Program-made: the position numbers and the translations under genes
Shown here: positions 9,262 through 21,900 of the stretch, one piece after another
Position numbering within the stretch: the first letter of the stretch is position 1
How the letters are laid out: each line of letters starts with the position of its first letter
The notes under the pieces: generated by a model
Seen by the model: only the letters and a program-made list of their open reading frames with translations
Told to the model about the DNA's origin: nothing
Database searches by the model: none
Source: a virus
Length of the DNA: 64,000 nt
IMG/VR virus record: IMGVR_UViG_3300010354_006541
Span: 5,855-69,854 of that record
Direction: 5' to 3' (one strand)

Positions 9262-11907
9262 TTAGAATCCTGTGAGTTGTCCAAGCACAGTATATGTACC
9301 TGAGTTGTTTATGATGCTTAATGTCACTACATCAGTTCTATTTGTGCTAGGTGTTGGAGTTGCATTGCCCTGCCAATTTAAAGTTTGTGCTGCGCCGCCT
9401 ATCTGTACAGCCGATGGATAGTATCCAGTGCCGCCTTGAACAATGACCAGTGTCACTGCTGTGGCATAACCTGAGGCTAAATTTAAGTTAGTTAAGTTAA
9501 CGGTCCAATTGGCATCTGGGCTTGTATGATAAAATATGTGTCCCAGAGAACAATCGTGCGTTACAACACCTGTGGCATCTGCCTTAGTTTGAAACTGTTC
9601 GTGTACGCCATCTTCTACCTTGAGAATACCTGGTAAAGTTAAACTACCGTCAAAACCAAATGTCCAATCTTTATTCACAGTAGCATTGACTGTTCTTAAT
9701 CTTATCGTACCTGGATCACCACCACTGATATTGTCTCCAGCAGTTAAGTTTATATCCCCACCATTACCAGTTATTGTAGTTCCAGCAGTGAGATTTATAT
9801 TTCCGCCGTCACCTGTGACTGTGCCTTTGGCCGCAATATTAATATTTCCTGCTGTGCCTGTGACAGCCTCTCCGGATTCAATTATGACATCGCCACCATC
9901 GCCAGTGACTGTATTTCCGGCTCTTATTTCTACAGGACCACCGTCACCTGTTGTTGCGGAACCGGCTGTGACATAGGCCTGACCACCCGTACCTGCTGTT
10001 GTATTTCCACCTAAGAGTTCAGCATAACCACCATTGCCTGTGACTGTGCTGCCTGCTCGAAGAACTGCCCAACCACTATTTCTTGGAGTACCCACAGAAC
10101 CTATGGTATCGCCGCCCCTTAGAATTAGATTTCCACCAACTTGAGTTTCGCTGTCCCCTGCTCTTACTGTGAGCGGATTACCAGCAGTAGTGGTTGATTC
10201 TAGTGGTCTAACAGTACCGGTAGCAGGAGTTATCAGTGTACCATCGTTGGCGAATGTGAACTTATCGCTGGTTCCGGGATTAGGCTGTATTTCAACTCTC
10301 AACCTGTCTGGACTGGTCACCGTCACAGGATAGAAACCTGAGGTGCTGCTGGCCGCTGCTGTTAGGTTGACTCGAATGACTCCGGGATATCCCGCTACAG
10401 GATATGTTACACTGCTGACTGTGGTATTGGCTGTGCCACCGACCACTGTCCATCCTGCTGCTATATTTGCGTTAGTAGTGTTATAGGCAACAAAGAAGTA
10501 GTTGGTGCTTTCACTGCTGGTCGAACCGGTAAAGTAACCGTCAGTGGCGAATGTGTATTGATAGCCTGCTGTACCTTTGATAGTGTCTTTGTCCAGGTCG
10601 AGGTATCCAAAATCTGCAGCAGTGGTCTGTGTTGTACCATCACCGAACCTTACATAGTTTCCAGGTGTGTCCAGTATGAAGTTGCCTATGGTGTTGAGAT
10701 CCCCACCGAACTTAGCACCTGCCTGTACAACCAACCATCCACCGTAGTTTGTGTTTAGTCCGCCATTGTTTGAAGGCAATGAAGAACCTACAAACAGGCT
10801 ACCATCCATTACTACGCTCATAGTACCAGCACCGTTGGCACCAAATGTAAATAGCGAATTGTTAGCGTTATTGGCAGTTTTGTAAACACCTGCCTTGTTG
10901 ATAGTTCCTGTACCGTCAGCGAATGTTGGCTTCCAGAAATTATTACCTGTGCCACCGTCAGTGCGAACACCAGAATCACCAAAATTAGTGTAAGTCAATG
11001 CCGCTGTGGTCTGTGCAGTTCCATCTGCAAATTGTAAATCCCCTGCCAAATTTAGAACACCGTCCTCACCAAACTGCCATCTGCGCAGTGTTGAGTCGCC
11101 TAAGTTGATATCTATGTTGATCGCTTGTTCGCTGCGGATATCGCCAGGTATAGTTAAACTACCATCTGCGCCAAATGTCCACGACTTTGATCCGCCGGGT
11201 GCTGTACCAGACCCATTTGATATAATATTTAGATTATCTTGTGATGTAAGAGCAAGATGGCCAGACACTGAACTAACTTCAGCACCTTGTATTATTAGTT
11301 GATCGCCACCTGTTATCGCAGGAAAAGTCACATAAGGATTAGCACCACCTACCAGAACAACCTCATCACCTTCACTGTGTAATCTATCCTCTCTGAAAGG
11401 AACATTGACGTATTGACTGCCCATCCAGACTAGTGTATCTCCAGCGTTAGGACTGGGGGCATTTACATCAGTAAGAGCGTCTAATCTAATAAACTCGCCA
11501 TCGGCATGAGCAAGAGTGCTGCCATTCCACGCAAGGTTGCCTTCGTTGTCTAACCCTAATGTATTGCCGCCAATGTAGATAGTTGAACCACTGACATACA
11601 AACTCTTCCAAGGTTTAGCCGCACTTCCTAAATCACCACCGTTGGCTATGCTAGGTAGTAGGTCTCCGCCTACTGTTAGGTTGCTCGAGATAGTAGTTGC
11701 TTGATCTATTGTAATAGCAGAACTATCTGTAGTACTCAGTGTACTACCCGAAAATTCAAATGCTCCTAGATTTAACGGAGCCGTATCTAATCCTAATGCG
11801 GTATATAGTTCTGTGAAATTAGCATTAACCTTTTGGAACGCTAGGCGTAAACTGTCACCTGATCGATCATTCGCTGAGGAACCTACGTTAATTGATTGTT
11901 TTGCCAT
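9262..11907 (-). CDS. Tail fibre protein with gp9/gp10-like N-terminus and Gly-rich repeats
   Basis: INVGSSANDRSGDSLRLAFQKVNANF; repeated (W/F)TF..DG.L; about 8 GGx(I/V)x(L/I)xAG repeats with ~15-aa period. Confidence 0.75.
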   Translation of the reverse strand: MAKQSINVGSSANDRSGDSLRLAFQKVNANFTELYTALGLDTAPLNLGAFEFSGSTLSTTDSSAITIDQATTISSNLTVGGDLLPSIANGGDLGSAAKPWKSLYVSGSTIYIGGNTLGLDNEGNLAWNGSTLAHADGEFIRLDALTDVNAPSPNAGDTLVWMGSQYVNVPFREDRLHSEGDEVVLVGGANPYVTFPAITGGDQLIIQGAEVSSVSGHLALTSQDNLNIISNGSGTAPGGSKSWTFGADGSLTIPGDIRSEQAINIDINLGDSTLRRWQFGEDGVLNLAGDLQFADGTAQTTAALTYTNFGDSGVRTDGGTGNNFWKPTFADGTGTINKAGVYKTANNANNSLFTFGANGAGTMSVVMDGSLFVGSSLPSNNGGLNTNYGGWLVVQAGAKFGGDLNTIGNFILDTPGNYVRFGDGTTQTTAADFGYLDLDKDTIKGTAGYQYTFATDGYFTGSTSSESTNYFFVAYNTTNANIAAGWTVVGGTANTTVSSVTYPVAGYPGVIRVNLTAAASSTSGFYPVTVTSPDRLRVEIQPNPGTSDKFTFANDGTLITPATGTVRPLESTTTAGNPLTVRAGDSETQVGGNLILRGGDTIGSVGTPRNSGWAVLRAGSTVTGNGGYAELLGGNTTAGTGGQAYVTAGSATTGDGGPVEIRAGNTVTGDGGDVIIESGEAVTGTAGNINIAAKGTVTGDGGNINLTAGTTITGNGGDINLTAGDNISGGDPGTIRLRTVNATVNKDWTFGFDGSLTLPGILKVEDGVHEQFQTKADATGVVTHDCSLGHIFYHTSPDANWTVNLTNLNLASGYATAVTLVIVQGGTGYYPSAVQIGGAAQTLNWQGNATPTPSTNRTDVVTLSIINNSGTYTVLGQLTGF

Positions 11908-11918
11908 TTATCGCTCCA

Positions 11919-13442
11919 TTATTTTCTGCGGATCCCGCCGGAATTATTAAAGCCTATGTCTTTAGCATAGGGCCAATAAAGAAACTTATTCTGTTGACCT
12001 TGTAGGCTTCTTGAGTTAGTGTAGTCATTGTCTAGACCTGTCGAATACATTTTACCATCCTTAGATCCAAAATTATTAAGCCAATTTTTACATTGCTGTG
12101 CAGTAGCACCTGGATTCATCTGTAAAAACAAGGCTAACATACCGGTAACCTGGGGAGACGCCATTGATGTTCCGCTTATTCGAGATATTTTATAACTTGG
12201 ATTGAATGGATATGTACTATCTGCTCCTATGCCAAATCCCGAACTATTGGTAGAACTAGTTATGTCGTCACCGGGCGCTGCAATATGAACACCGGGACCT
12301 CTTTCGGAATCTTGTCGTACTTGTTCGAGAGTACCGCCGTTTAATTGGCTATCGCAATTGGCAACCAATATCGTATCTAAACTCCACGGACTACCTCCAC
12401 GATGGTAATAGATAGGTTGTCCTGCCGGTACAGTTCCTATTGCCCAGTCGGTAGACCATGTATAATAGTTGTCCCAATCGCTGCCAGCAGGAACATCTAT
12501 TTTATGATAGTAGTTTCCGGCGGCCCTCACGCAGATTACTCCAGCATCAGTTAATTCTTGTTGATCGATATCTGCAGGTGTGTAGGTAAAATTATGTGTG
12601 TTGTTGACATTGCCGTACTGAGTTCCGGTCGTTCCTCGATTAGTTCCTCTATAATACAAGGTTGTTAGAGAACCCCCATATCCACCATTGTTATAATACC
12701 AACGATAGCCCCAACTGGCATTTAGAATAGTAGGTCTTCGATATCCTGTTTTAGGATCTACGGGTTTACGTTGGTGCCATGCTTTGACAAGATCAAATGC
12801 TTCTGAATCGAATAAATCGTATCTAATAGAATATATGTTAGCGCCTTTGGCCCAACCGTAGGTTTTGCCAGCAGCGATTCCGGCGACGTGTGTTCCGTGA
12901 TTTCCTACATCGCCGTAATGTCCTGCAGGCATAGTACCGCTGACTCCAGCAGCCGTAAACCAGTTATGTTCGATAAGTCTGCTGACTCCGTTTGAATCCT
13001 GCCATTCAGGATGACCGCTCATTACACCGTTGTCTTGAATAACAATGTCTACTCCAGTTCCGTCAACACAATACGGATATTGAGTTCCTACAGATAACTC
13101 GGGAGATTCTAATATGCATCTCCTTAAAGCCCAATTGACCCATGTATTAGTATTACCGCCGTTGTTTCTACTAAAGTTTCCGGTTTGAATTAAATTATGT
13201 GCTTTCAGATCTGGAGGTGCAACTAAAGAAACAGTAGCCACTCTAGGATCTTGTCTTAATATCTCTGCTTCAGCATCTGATAATGCATAATGGCAACACC
13301 TAACGCTTAGATCCCTGTTATTGACGATGTCAACAGATCTATCGGGAATGTATGTATGACCGTTAGTAGATGATTCCATCTCATGCCAAAACTGGCCGTA
13401 GTCTACATCTTTATGCAATCCGACAATGTATTCTTTTTCCAT
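11919..13442 (-). CDS. Subtilisin-like S8 serine protease
   Basis: VIQDNG (Asp), HGTHVAG (His), AAGN (oxyanion), SGTSMASP (Ser); N-terminal prodomain-like region; start at TAATG overlap. Confidence 0.9.
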   Translation of the reverse strand: MEKEYIVGLHKDVDYGQFWHEMESSTNGHTYIPDRSVDIVNNRDLSVRCCHYALSDAEAEILRQDPRVATVSLVAPPDLKAHNLIQTGNFSRNNGGNTNTWVNWALRRCILESPELSVGTQYPYCVDGTGVDIVIQDNGVMSGHPEWQDSNGVSRLIEHNWFTAAGVSGTMPAGHYGDVGNHGTHVAGIAAGKTYGWAKGANIYSIRYDLFDSEAFDLVKAWHQRKPVDPKTGYRRPTILNASWGYRWYYNNGGYGGSLTTLYYRGTNRGTTGTQYGNVNNTHNFTYTPADIDQQELTDAGVICVRAAGNYYHKIDVPAGSDWDNYYTWSTDWAIGTVPAGQPIYYHRGGSPWSLDTILVANCDSQLNGGTLEQVRQDSERGPGVHIAAPGDDITSSTNSSGFGIGADSTYPFNPSYKISRISGTSMASPQVTGMLALFLQMNPGATAQQCKNWLNNFGSKDGKMYSTGLDNDYTNSRSLQGQQNKFLYWPYAKDIGFNNSGGIRRK

Positions 13443-15946
13443 TAGTGTAGATCCACCCAAGTGCTATTAGCATATCCTTGGAATTTATTAGTATCAAGAT
13501 TGTAAATCATATCACCGTTTTGCGCAGTTAAAAGATTTCTTTGAGCAGTTGTATACTTTGCTAAACGTAAAGGACTCTGTGTAATTACAACAGCATTGCC
13601 TGCTGTAAGATTTAAATTTGTTACACTTGAAACTTCTGGAACGCCTACTGAATCTGTAATAAATTCTTTAGCACGTACAGAGTTTCTTACAATTAATTCG
13701 TTTTCTATTTCTACATCCGAATTAAACAACATTTTAGGTATAACAGTAATAGCACTAGAATCTAAAGTATCTATGTTGTTAATCATTGCTGTTGTTGCAG
13801 TTACTTGTGTAGAAGAAACAAAAGTTGCAGTTAAAACATTTCCGGACGGATTGTAAGTTAATGCTGTGTCAGTTCTAACGTTTTCGTTGCCCGATGCTGT
13901 ATCAACAAAAGTAATATAGTGTGTAGAGTTTGTTGAATCAGTCGGAACTAATGCTACTGTTGTGGCAGTTGTTGCAGTAGACGCATTGCCACTAATGTTA
14001 TTTGGACCAGTAATAGTAATTAGACCTTCACCGTCTGATGCTGTGGATATGCCGTTGGAACCGACAAATTTTAATGTTTCACCAGAGAAGATTCTACGTA
14101 GTGTAGAATCGTCGCCTGCAACGTTTAATTCAAAATCGCCCCCACCACCACCCCCACCACCACCGCCTGCTGGTACAGGTCCCCATGTAATTTCTTTGTT
14201 AGATGGATCGTAATATAGTACCTGTGGTCCTAGAATTTCTCTAATAGGCGTTACAAAAAATCCTGCCGCTGCCGCGTCTAATGTAGATCCGCTGGCATTT
14301 ATAACAATACTATTGGCAGATTGATTATTAGCACCAGCATACCTGCCAATAGCAATAGCATTAGTGCCATGATTACTCAAACCAGCATTTTCTCCTATGG
14401 CGATACCATTGATACCTTGACTAGAAGCACCTGCGGTCTCGCCTATAGCAATAGCATTAGTGCCTTGATTTGCGTTAGCCGCAGCCTGCCCAATAGCAAT
14501 TCCTCGCACACCTTGGTTCAGTAATCCTGCCTGGAATCCTATGGCTAACGCTCTATTACCCTGTGTATATTGACCTGCCATTTCACCTATAGCGATGGCG
14601 TTTATGCCGGCACCACCGGCATCTAAGCCTAATATAATTTTTGTTTCAAGGGTTCGTAGTGTTGATGTATAAACAGGACCAACTACTCTGCCAGAAGTTC
14701 CGTCAATGATCATTGAAGAGTCTTGTGCGAACACTGATCCTTTAAGGTCTCCGCTTACGTTTCCTGTTAGGTTACCAGTTACATTTCCGTTTACATTTCC
14801 ATTCAAAGTTCCATTAACAGTAGCATTGTTAATAGTTACAGTATTACCACCGTGGCCGATGGTAACAGGACCTGATGTGGTACCTGACGATCCTGCTCCT
14901 AGATAAACAGGAGCACCTGCTGCACCAATCACCTGAGCACCGCCGGTGCCTCCAATGATAACACCGCTAGGAGTCATGCTGATACTATTTGCTCCGTCGA
15001 ACGAATTTATTGGCCCTACAATCTTTCCACCGGTACCGTCTACTAGCATAGTAGAGTCGTCGGCGAAGATTGATCCAATAATATCCTGTCTGTTAGGAGA
15101 ACTGATTAATACTGTATTAGTTAATGAGTCTATACTGATTTCAATATTAGATCCGGCACCAAAAGTTAGAGTTGAGTTCGGCGAGGCTGGATCTAATGTA
15201 TCTTGGCCCGAAACAGCAATGAATCTCCATAAGTTTTGATTTATGTTAGGTGAACCATTGGTAATTGTAATGGCACCAGTTGAATTACTTAAAATTATAT
15301 TAGAGCCGGCTATCAGTTCTGTGACTCCAGTATTAGATATAGTCACCGATCCAGTACCTGCACTTATTCCAATTCCTGTTCCGTTAGCAATACTAGTAAC
15401 TCCGGTGTTAGTGATTGTCACGGCACCAGTAGAAGCACTCACTGATATACCTGCGCCGGCTGCGGTGCTTAACACACCTGCATTGGTAAATGAAATAGTG
15501 TCTGTAGATGCATTGGTTCCAATAGTGATTCCATTGCCTACAAAATTTAGGGTGTCTTTTAGATTTTCTGCAACAACAGTTTGTTGTCCAAAGACCTCGA
15601 TGTTTTTAAATGAGCCTTCAGTTGGATCTTTAACTAATACACCACCAACTTTGGTTCCGAACGGTAATTCTAATGTTGTGCCTGTAGCAGTAATAGGAGC
15701 ATTATCTACATAGATAGCACCACCACCTATATACAGTCGACGCCAGCGATTCGTAGGAGTACCTAAATCGTAGGTCATACTTTCTGAAGGACTAATACTA
15801 GAACTTATGTTAGAAAGATCAACAGCGCCGCCGCCACCTACGGTCAAGTATAGTTCTGTAAAATTATCATTTATTTTACCAAACGCATCCTCTATGGTAT
15901 CCCATAGTATCGGTGGTCTTTTTGGATCAATATATTTTTTAACCAT
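13442..15946 (-). CDS. Tail fibre/spike protein with YadA-head-like AIAIG repeats
   Basis: AFGKINDNFTELY anchor; TNTGV repeats; 6 (A/G)(I/L)AIG..A repeats at 14-aa period; poly-Gly linker. Confidence 0.75.
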   Translation of the reverse strand: MVKKYIDPKRPPILWDTIEDAFGKINDNFTELYLTVGGGGAVDLSNISSSISPSESMTYDLGTPTNRWRRLYIGGGAIYVDNAPITATGTTLELPFGTKVGGVLVKDPTEGSFKNIEVFGQQTVVAENLKDTLNFVGNGITIGTNASTDTISFTNAGVLSTAAGAGISVSASTGAVTITNTGVTSIANGTGIGISAGTGSVTISNTGVTELIAGSNIILSNSTGAITITNGSPNINQNLWRFIAVSGQDTLDPASPNSTLTFGAGSNIEISIDSLTNTVLISSPNRQDIIGSIFADDSTMLVDGTGGKIVGPINSFDGANSISMTPSGVIIGGTGGAQVIGAAGAPVYLGAGSSGTTSGPVTIGHGGNTVTINNATVNGTLNGNVNGNVTGNLTGNVSGDLKGSVFAQDSSMIIDGTSGRVVGPVYTSTLRTLETKIILGLDAGGAGINAIAIGEMAGQYTQGNRALAIGFQAGLLNQGVRGIAIGQAAANANQGTNAIAIGETAGASSQGINGIAIGENAGLSNHGTNAIAIGRYAGANNQSANSIVINASGSTLDAAAAGFFVTPIREILGPQVLYYDPSNKEITWGPVPAGGGGGGGGGGDFELNVAGDDSTLRRIFSGETLKFVGSNGISTASDGEGLITITGPNNISGNASTATTATTVALVPTDSTNSTHYITFVDTASGNENVRTDTALTYNPSGNVLTATFVSSTQVTATTAMINNIDTLDSSAITVIPKMLFNSDVEIENELIVRNSVRAKEFITDSVGVPEVSSVTNLNLTAGNAVVITQSPLRLAKYTTAQRNLLTAQNGDMIYNLDTNKFQGYANSTWVDLH

Positions 15947-18900
15947 TATGTCCTTCCTACGGCAACTTCAATAGTGCCGATATGATCTGAATCGTAATCT
16001 TGTAGTGCTTTACCAATTAATGTTCCCGGTTTAGGATCCTTGGCAAGACCTGCAACTCCTGGTATCCCGCTGGTACACAATAGATCTCCTTTGTTAATCT
16101 TGCCTACTACTTTACAAGGTACACGACCTTGCAGTGCTATTTGATTTTTAAATCCAGGACATGCACCGTACATAGAATATGCAGCATTATCTGAAACAAC
16201 TCCTGCGACTTTTGAATCTCCTCTTATGTTACTGGTTGTGACTTCTTTGTCACCGCCAAATACTAAAACAGTGCCTGTTTCGTATTCTTTATCACCTTCG
16301 TAGAATTCTGCTAAGTCTGCCGCATAGGTTGCCTGAAGCCTAGAATTACCTTTAACTCCACCGCCGGGAACATTGGCTAAAATCCATTGACCTGTAATTG
16401 TTCCGGGTGTGGTGTCAGATCCTGTGCTGATAGCAGTTGCAGTAAGAGTTGAACAACTGATAGGTGCAGGATTAAAACTGTCTTGTGTTCTAAACACATG
16501 ACTGTTATTGTCATAATAGGTTACATTTTCATTGGCTACAGTACTGTTGCCTATTAACACACCTCCATTGCCTAAGAAACCAAATAATCTAGTGGTGCCG
16601 CCACCTCCTGACGAAACCCTGTTCAGTGTGTTTGTAGAGGTAACTTCTGAAGATAATTTTAATTTTAAATCTTGTACTGTAACTGTTCTTGCTGCAAAAT
16701 CACCGTTGTTATCTCTGATAACCAAAGTATTTGCAGCCAATGTAGCAGAATCTTGGATGACAGTATACGAACCGTCTAAGAGTTCTGCACCGGCCCCTGT
16801 GGTTGATCTTTTTAGATACCCAACAGCGGTGTACAATGATTTTTTAACAGCAGCACCTTGATCAACAATGGTTGCATAAGAAACAGTGGATACATTGTCA
16901 GTGGCTACACCATTATTGCCTAATACTGTCTTAGAAGCAATCTGTGCTAGTTTGCCTATAGTGATTCCATTATCCTTAATAGATAACCAACCGTTGGTAG
17001 CATTAAATTGATTAGAATCAAATACTGACAGTCCCTTCAATGGTTCTATAGTTCCTGTTCCTACCGCAGGAGTAACAGGTAACGTCCATGAAGGTTGGCT
17101 CGCCGCATAAGCATTTGAACCTAGGCTAATATCATATGTTATCTGTGTGGCTGTACAACTAATAACCGTAAATGTACCGTTATATTTTGTCGTACTAAAG
17201 CCAGTTACAACTATACCACGACCTGCAGTGAATACCGGATTAGTCGTAGTTGCGAAAGTCAGCGTAACAGTATTTCCCACTCTTGTAGCGGTAGCGCCGA
17301 CGATATTGTTAACACTAGATGCATAAGCATTGGCCAAAGAAAGTTTAAATTGATCGATAGCAGCATTGGAACTTACATCTGCGGTATTAATACTTTCTGC
17401 AGAAATTTGTAAATCTATTGTATGAGCAGTACTGTCTATGTTTGCAGATATATCTCCAACCAATGTTGTATTAGTAATCTGAGTACCAACCCCAGTGAAC
17501 ACAGCGAAGTCATTGGCTTTTACATTATCGAAACTAGCATCTGCAAAATTACCGAGAACTAAACTTCTTAAATTGACAGCATCAGTAGGACTTACTGGAT
17601 CTGCTAAATTTTGTATACGATTGTTATCTAAATTTAAAGTAGATATCATTGGCGTTGTGCCGTCCAAGGCTAAAAAACCACCTGTTATAGCAGGTATCCT
17701 GTTAACAGGATCTAGTATTTCGCCTGTGTGGGACACGCCTAATCTCTTATCAACATACGTTCTTACAGCGTATTCCGTCGGTACTGTATCTGTGGCATTA
17801 TCTCCCATCGTAGCATCAACTGAAAATTCTGCGATAGGTACACCACGTTTAAATCCAATACCGTCTAGATTTGATAGGGCAATGGCCGCTGAGAAAGTAA
17901 CTGTTCCGGTTCCCTGGTCAACTCTAAAATAAGGACCTACTTTAAAATTACCGAATTGATCAGTGGTAACGAAGAACACACGCCCTGAACCTCGTTCTTC
18001 AGTTTCAGTAGCCTCTGATAACGGATTTACAGCCAGTCCGTAAATTTCATTAGGATAGTTTGTGTCTGCGTATGATCCAGTACCAATTTCTAAAAGGTCG
18101 TGTGATGTGACACGAGTCAATGAAATTCTAATAGTCAAGGTTCCAGCAGCACCCGATGTACGTTTTGGTACACCTGCTTTTAATGTAGGTGGGGATGATA
18201 AACTGAGAACATTACCTGTTCCTGTTGTAGCATCTAATTGAAGAGGAGTATTTAAGGTTATTCTGCCTACTCCTTCAATTCCCGTAACATTTGATCCTTC
18301 ATAATTTGTAATGGTATAATCAAACCCACACCAGGTTAATTTATAATTTATTAACCTTGATAAATCACCCGGACCTGGAGCCACTATCTGAAATGAATTA
18401 TCTCCTATACGTCCTTTAACTAACCCTACACTAAATGTCCCACTACCTGCTGTAGTAGTAGCAGCAGCCGGGCCATTCGGTACAGCACTTAATCTAAATT
18501 GATTAGCACCTAGACCTGTAGATAACACGTGATAGTGTCTAGATGAACTAAGTCCGTTAGGAAGGGTGCCCGTACTTGATAGTCTTACTACATCTCCTGC
18601 TATGAATCCATGAGAATTGCACGTGAATACAGCCGGATCTGCTACTGTTACTGTGAATGTTTTTGTTGACGCAGCATATTCATTTGGCTCGTATACTGTC
18701 AATTCTACATAGTCATAATTTTCCCTTAAGGTAGTTCTAGCCAATCCAGAATTCGCAAATGAATGTGTACCGCTGCCACCAGCAGTAGTATTGATCGGAG
18801 TGCCATTAGGACTAAGTGCTACCCTGAATGTATTCAAAGTTAAACTATCTTCTAGCACATAATAATTTGTGTCTACGACAAGTCCGGTAGGTAAAGCACC

Positions 18901-21900
18901 TGTGGTATAAAATTTAATAATATAGTTGGCTAATAAACCGTGACCAGCGGAAGTTATAACCACCGGTGATCCAACACTTATAGTACATGCTGTGTTAGCA
19001 GCAGGATCTACGTATTCTTCAAACTGTAAAATTCTATATACGAATGATGATTCGTTTAATAGAAGAGCAGTTGATGGTCTAGTAGCAACATCCACCACAT
19101 CACCAGTCAATACTACTTGGCTGTTATTTCTAATTGATACAGGTGTGTCATTTGGTACCTGAATAGCCAAACCAGCAGTTGAAGCATTACCTGTGCTGCT
19201 GATTGTTAATTTAGCCACCCCTGCAGGTAGTCCAACTGTAGACACAGAATTAATCGAATATCTAGTTAATTGCGGTAGCAGGGTCGCCGGAGTTATATGT
19301 ATAACTTCGAGTTCGCTTTTCGACAACGGAACATAGGTATAGTTATATACATAGATAGTAGTTTCGCCGGCATTGTTAGCATATAGAGAACTAGGGAAGT
19401 AACATTTAGCACCTTGGTTAAGATCATAAAATAGAGTTACCGGGGTTGGAATCTCTAACGGATCCGAACCCTCTGCTACTAAAGCATATGTTCCGTGAGC
19501 CGATGAACCGCCAACCGATCTAATTTGACCGCCGTTCAAAGAAAAATAAGAAATATAACAGTAATATGTAAACACGGATACTGCTTCTAGCAGACCGCCG
19601 TTGTGTGTAACAAGACCGTACCCCATGTCGCATATTTGGGTAAAGTCGTTAGCCAACATAGATCTATTGCCAGGCATTAGGACTTCATAAATTCTTTCAT
19701 ATGACAGTGTCCCTGTACCTAAAGTAGTAAGTGATATTCCAGTGTTAGATCCTGCGATAGCAGAGACTCTAAAACTGTTTAGACTAAAACCATCAGCAAT
19801 CACGTAGTATTCTTTGCCTGCTATCAGAGGACTAGGTAAAACTCCTGTACTTGAAAATACCAGTGTGGCTCCTTGTTCTAGATTATGAGATGTTTTGTTA
19901 AAAGTTCCCGGAGTACCGGTAACTACTGTAAAAGTCTGTGCACCGATGGCTAATGGAAATGGAGTTACTTCGTCCAATACAAACTGTGCTGTAGATCCTG
20001 CTGGATTATAAACATAATCTCTAACGTAGTTTATACGGTATACTGCATCGTTGACAATAAATGATGCTGGTAGATTCGGTGGACGAACCAAGTTACTGAC
20101 TCTTAATCTAGAATTGCTAGGTACTCCGTCTACGATTACTCTTTCTGTGATTTTAAATTGTAGGTTGCCGGTAAAGCCATCGACGAACATACCGCCCGCA
20201 AATCTTTTCCTTCCTGAACTCTTTGAAAAAGTAGCACACTCTTGAGCATAGGGCGATTTAGCCAGTATCTGTCCTTCCGGATCTAATACCATAGTAAATC
20301 CGCCAGATCCTTGCGATGTTAGTGCTCTAACAATAGTAGCATCGTTACATAAAAATACATCAATATTGTCATTGTTTTTAGGATAGTTAACAGCACCCGA
20401 ATTAGAAATGACATCAATGAGTGCACCGAACAATTCGTCAATAACATCATCTGATCCCGTTTCTGCGATAAATGCTTCATCTATTATTTGACTTCTTATG
20501 GTGTTATAAACAGGATCAATTTCAGTATTATCAATGATATCTTGTATCAGTGCTTTAACATGATTCAATGCTGCCACAGTTTGACTTAATTGAGTTGTGA
20601 TAGCAATAAGTCCGCTGGCATTGCTTCTATATTTTAGTGCTGCAGAAACAGTTCTATTATATCCCCCGTATTTGAGATCGAAAATCATTGCATCAACAAT
20701 TAAGCCCACGTCTCTAGAACAAGTGCTAATGTCGTAGTCAAAACTTGATGTAAATGGGGCGATAACGTTATTGATTTGATAATTAATCCATGCAATAGTT
20801 TCTTGCTGCAAGAAAATTTTATTCAACCCTATAAGTGATGCTGCTGCTCTGTAAGACCCTTTATTGTTGATTGGTGGGTACACCGGTAGTGTTGGATCAG
20901 CAAGATAATGCCAACCAAACAATTGTTCTGCTGTTGTATTGCCGTCTATAGTAAGATCGCGTCTAAATTTTTGAAATGCCCAAGGGCTAGAACTTTCTCC
21001 CGTCTTAGGTCTTACTATAACTCGTCTAAATTCATCTCCGATCAGAGCAACGTTTTGTGGAATCTTAAGAGGAAGATTTTCTTCATATATTCCGGTTTCG
21101 ATCAACACACTGATCTGTTGTGTTCTAGTTACATCACCATAAGAAATAACTTCGCCTATTTCAAATGCGCCATATTTAATATCAACATCAAACAATTCAT
21201 TAGGACCATCTAACGCCCCCGAGTGTCCTAGTATTTGAGCCAATGCTCCTGAGGTCTCTCCTCTTAGATATAGACCTTCTCTAACATCTCTACTTCTAAC
21301 TGCGGTAGGATCTGGAGATAAAACGTTGCCGGTAAAATCTGTTCTTAACCCATTAGTGAAAATTCTAAATCTTGGTAGATCGACAGTTACGGTTGGTAAA
21401 GCCGTGAATGAATTTCCAGGATCATCTACCGTGATGCTTACTACGGCTCCCGAAACAACATCGGCTGTACCGAATGCTCCAGAGCCTGTGGTATCTCCTA
21501 CTGCTGGTAGTATCCTCACGGAAACTAGACCGTAATCTACACCACCGCTGACTACATCAATTTTATTCACTTTGTAGTTTAAATCAAACCTAGCCCCGCC
21601 TCCGAATTCGCTGTTGCTGGTTGTAATTACATTGGTGTTTCCTGGTAATACTGTATAAACTCCAGAACTTACTGGGCGGAAAGATAAAACAGCACCAGGA
21701 TTTCCAATTGTTGCTAAAACTTCTACAGTTGCAGCAGTACCAACTCCACCACCAATAGAAATTATATCACCAACTCGATAGTTGGTTCCAGGAACAGTAA
21801 GAGTGAAAGAGTCGACACTCATGTATACCTGTCCGATAAATCCTGTTCCAGATTCCGGAGATGCTGTGATAGAAGTTAATGTACATTCTCCTGCACCTTC

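Noticed and set aside
14138-14167. CCA/CCC/CCG run as a phase-variable microsatellite
   Set aside because: Mixed synonymous codons encoding a poly-Gly linker; selection is at protein level
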